From Vicugna vicugna (Eukaryota): a stretch of 64,000 nucleotides of DNA. Both the position numbers and the translations under genes were made by a program. This document shows positions 62,250 through 64,000 of the stretch, piece by piece (position 1 is the first letter of the stretch; each line of letters opens with the position of its first letter). The notes beneath the pieces were generated by a model. That model saw only the letters and a list, made by a program, of their open reading frames with translations, made no database searches and was not told the DNA's origin. The stretch lies in contig MU063541.1 of assembly GCA_013265495.1 (NCBI GenBank), forward strand, positions 1,130,593 through 1,194,592, read 5' to 3'.

Positions 62250-63140
62250 TAAATCAAAAAAAAAAAGAGGTAGTAAAAGTATTAAAAGAAATTATAGGTA
62301 TTTATATAATCTTAAGCCTGATGTAAGATCCAGAAGTCTTAAAAGAAAAAGTGACAGATTTCAAACTTCTCTGTAGAAGTCAGAAAACAACGACTGGGCA
62401 AGTATTTGCAATACATGAATCAGTCGTTTAAAATAATGAAATAAGCAGGCTGTTCTCAAAGGAGAAATAAAGGTTCATCAATGTATGAAAAGATGGTTAA
62501 ACTTACAATGAAAGAATGAAAATTCACTATTTTTTCCCCCTAGATAGGCAGAGATTAAGATTTGTTTAATGATGAGGGTCTGGAGAAACACGCTCTCATA
62601 TGCTCTTCACTGGGTTATTAATTGATATTCTCATTTTAGGGAGCAAGTTGACAATGTATATAATCTCAAACATGCATCTTTTTTGACCCAGCAAGCCGCT
62701 GTTTTTAGACTTTATCCTTCAGAAGTTCATATTCAATGAGCAAAAACAGATGTCAAAGAAAGTTCACAACAGCGTTATCTGTAAAACTGAAGACCAGAAT
62801 CACCGAAATGCCGATTGATAGGGGTTTGGCCAAATACTGTGGTCTGTGCATACAGAGGACTCAGTTGTTGGAATGGGCAGGTCCATGTGACCATGTGGAA
62901 AGCTGTCTAAGACACAGTGTTTAAAGAAGAGCAGTCTGTAAAATAATACTATATGGCCCAATTTTAGTTTTTGAAGGTTGCGTGTGTGTTTGGAACTTGC
63001 ATGCAAAAAAAATCTGGAATTATATTTGCCTCTTCTCACCCTACCTCCCACATTACGACTGTGGGGGACAAGGATTATATTTGAGGGATGTGGTTTTTGA
63101 GTTTTTACCTTCTGTATGTATTTACATTTCTGCATTGTTT
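62250..63140 (+). mobile_element. Degraded L1M-type 3' fragment in NMT1 intron 2
   Basis: Sense L1 ORF2-end/3'UTR phrases (gactgggcaagtatttgcaatac; aatgtatgaaaagatg; tttttgacccagcaa); boundaries approximate. Confidence 0.65.
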
Positions 63141-63368
63141 GAAGTTTTACACTGAGAATGTATTGCTTTTGCTGTCAAACATCATAAGACTAAGAAGAGG
63201 AGAAACGCTGTAGGGAACACCCACCCGTCATATTGCTTGTCATCAATCGCTCTTTCACCAGTTGTCCTACAATAGATGACTTCTGGGATTAGGACTGAGG
63301 AACCACACCCCTTCTTGAGTTGTACCCTCTTAATGCTTGGACTTGAATTCATCAAAAGTTCTTATTAA

Positions 63369-63614
<246 letters not shown>

Positions 63615-64000
63615 TGAATTTGTGACGGAGGACAATAGAGTCCTGGAGTTCTTTGGTGGTTATTTTTAGAGAGTAGTCTTTAAAGTGCAGTATAGAAAAG
63701 ACTATTGTTCAGGGGCCTTATCATTTCACAGTAGCACATATTGAGAACAAATAATGGTCCTTTTAATCCCTCATCATCGAATATAAATCTACAAAGAAAA
63801 ACAAAGCATTGGCACATGATGAGTGGGGGTGTGTGCCCATGGGTCTGTCTTCCCACGCAGATTTTATAGACTGTCTTATTTATCTGGGCAAATGTTCAGT
63901 CTGGAGCGGGCCAAGTCCCCAGCCTCTTTCACTTGTCTCTCATACGATGCAGGCTTACTAAATGCAAAATAATGGGACATTTTGCTTAACAGTGATGGTT

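Overview
Mammalian genomic DNA. A tRNA-Ala-derived SINE with an intact target-site duplication points to a camelid host (inference). The window holds the complete coding region of DCAKD on the minus strand: 4 coding exons at 34644-34533, 34139-33936, 30264-30177 and 26640-26349, totalling 696 nt = 231 aa + stop. It also holds the first three coding exons of NMT1 on the plus strand (50868-50998, 60852-60960, 63408-63552). The two genes are head-to-head around a CpG island at ~50.1-51.1 kb carrying three ZNF143-type motifs; a second candidate DCAKD promoter island lies at ~44.0-44.4 kb. The left ~25 kb has no supportable coding exon: it contains repeats (solo LTR, L1, L2, MIR), two orphan CpG islands and homeodomain-motif clusters, and by human synteny is probably the C1QL1-DCAKD intergenic region. 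There are two N gaps. The most notable oddity is a near-identical 552/570-bp tandem duplication that copies the last 29 nt and the splice donor of DCAKD exon 4. A second 177/172-bp tandem duplication and an older ~155-bp pair of paralogous segments flanking exon 4 are also present. Both near-identical duplications could be assembly artefacts and need read-level checking. I found no convincing evidence for a wholly new biological system. Exon numbers 2-5 follow my recollection of the human gene; repeat family names come from recalled consensus sequences and their boundaries are approximate.
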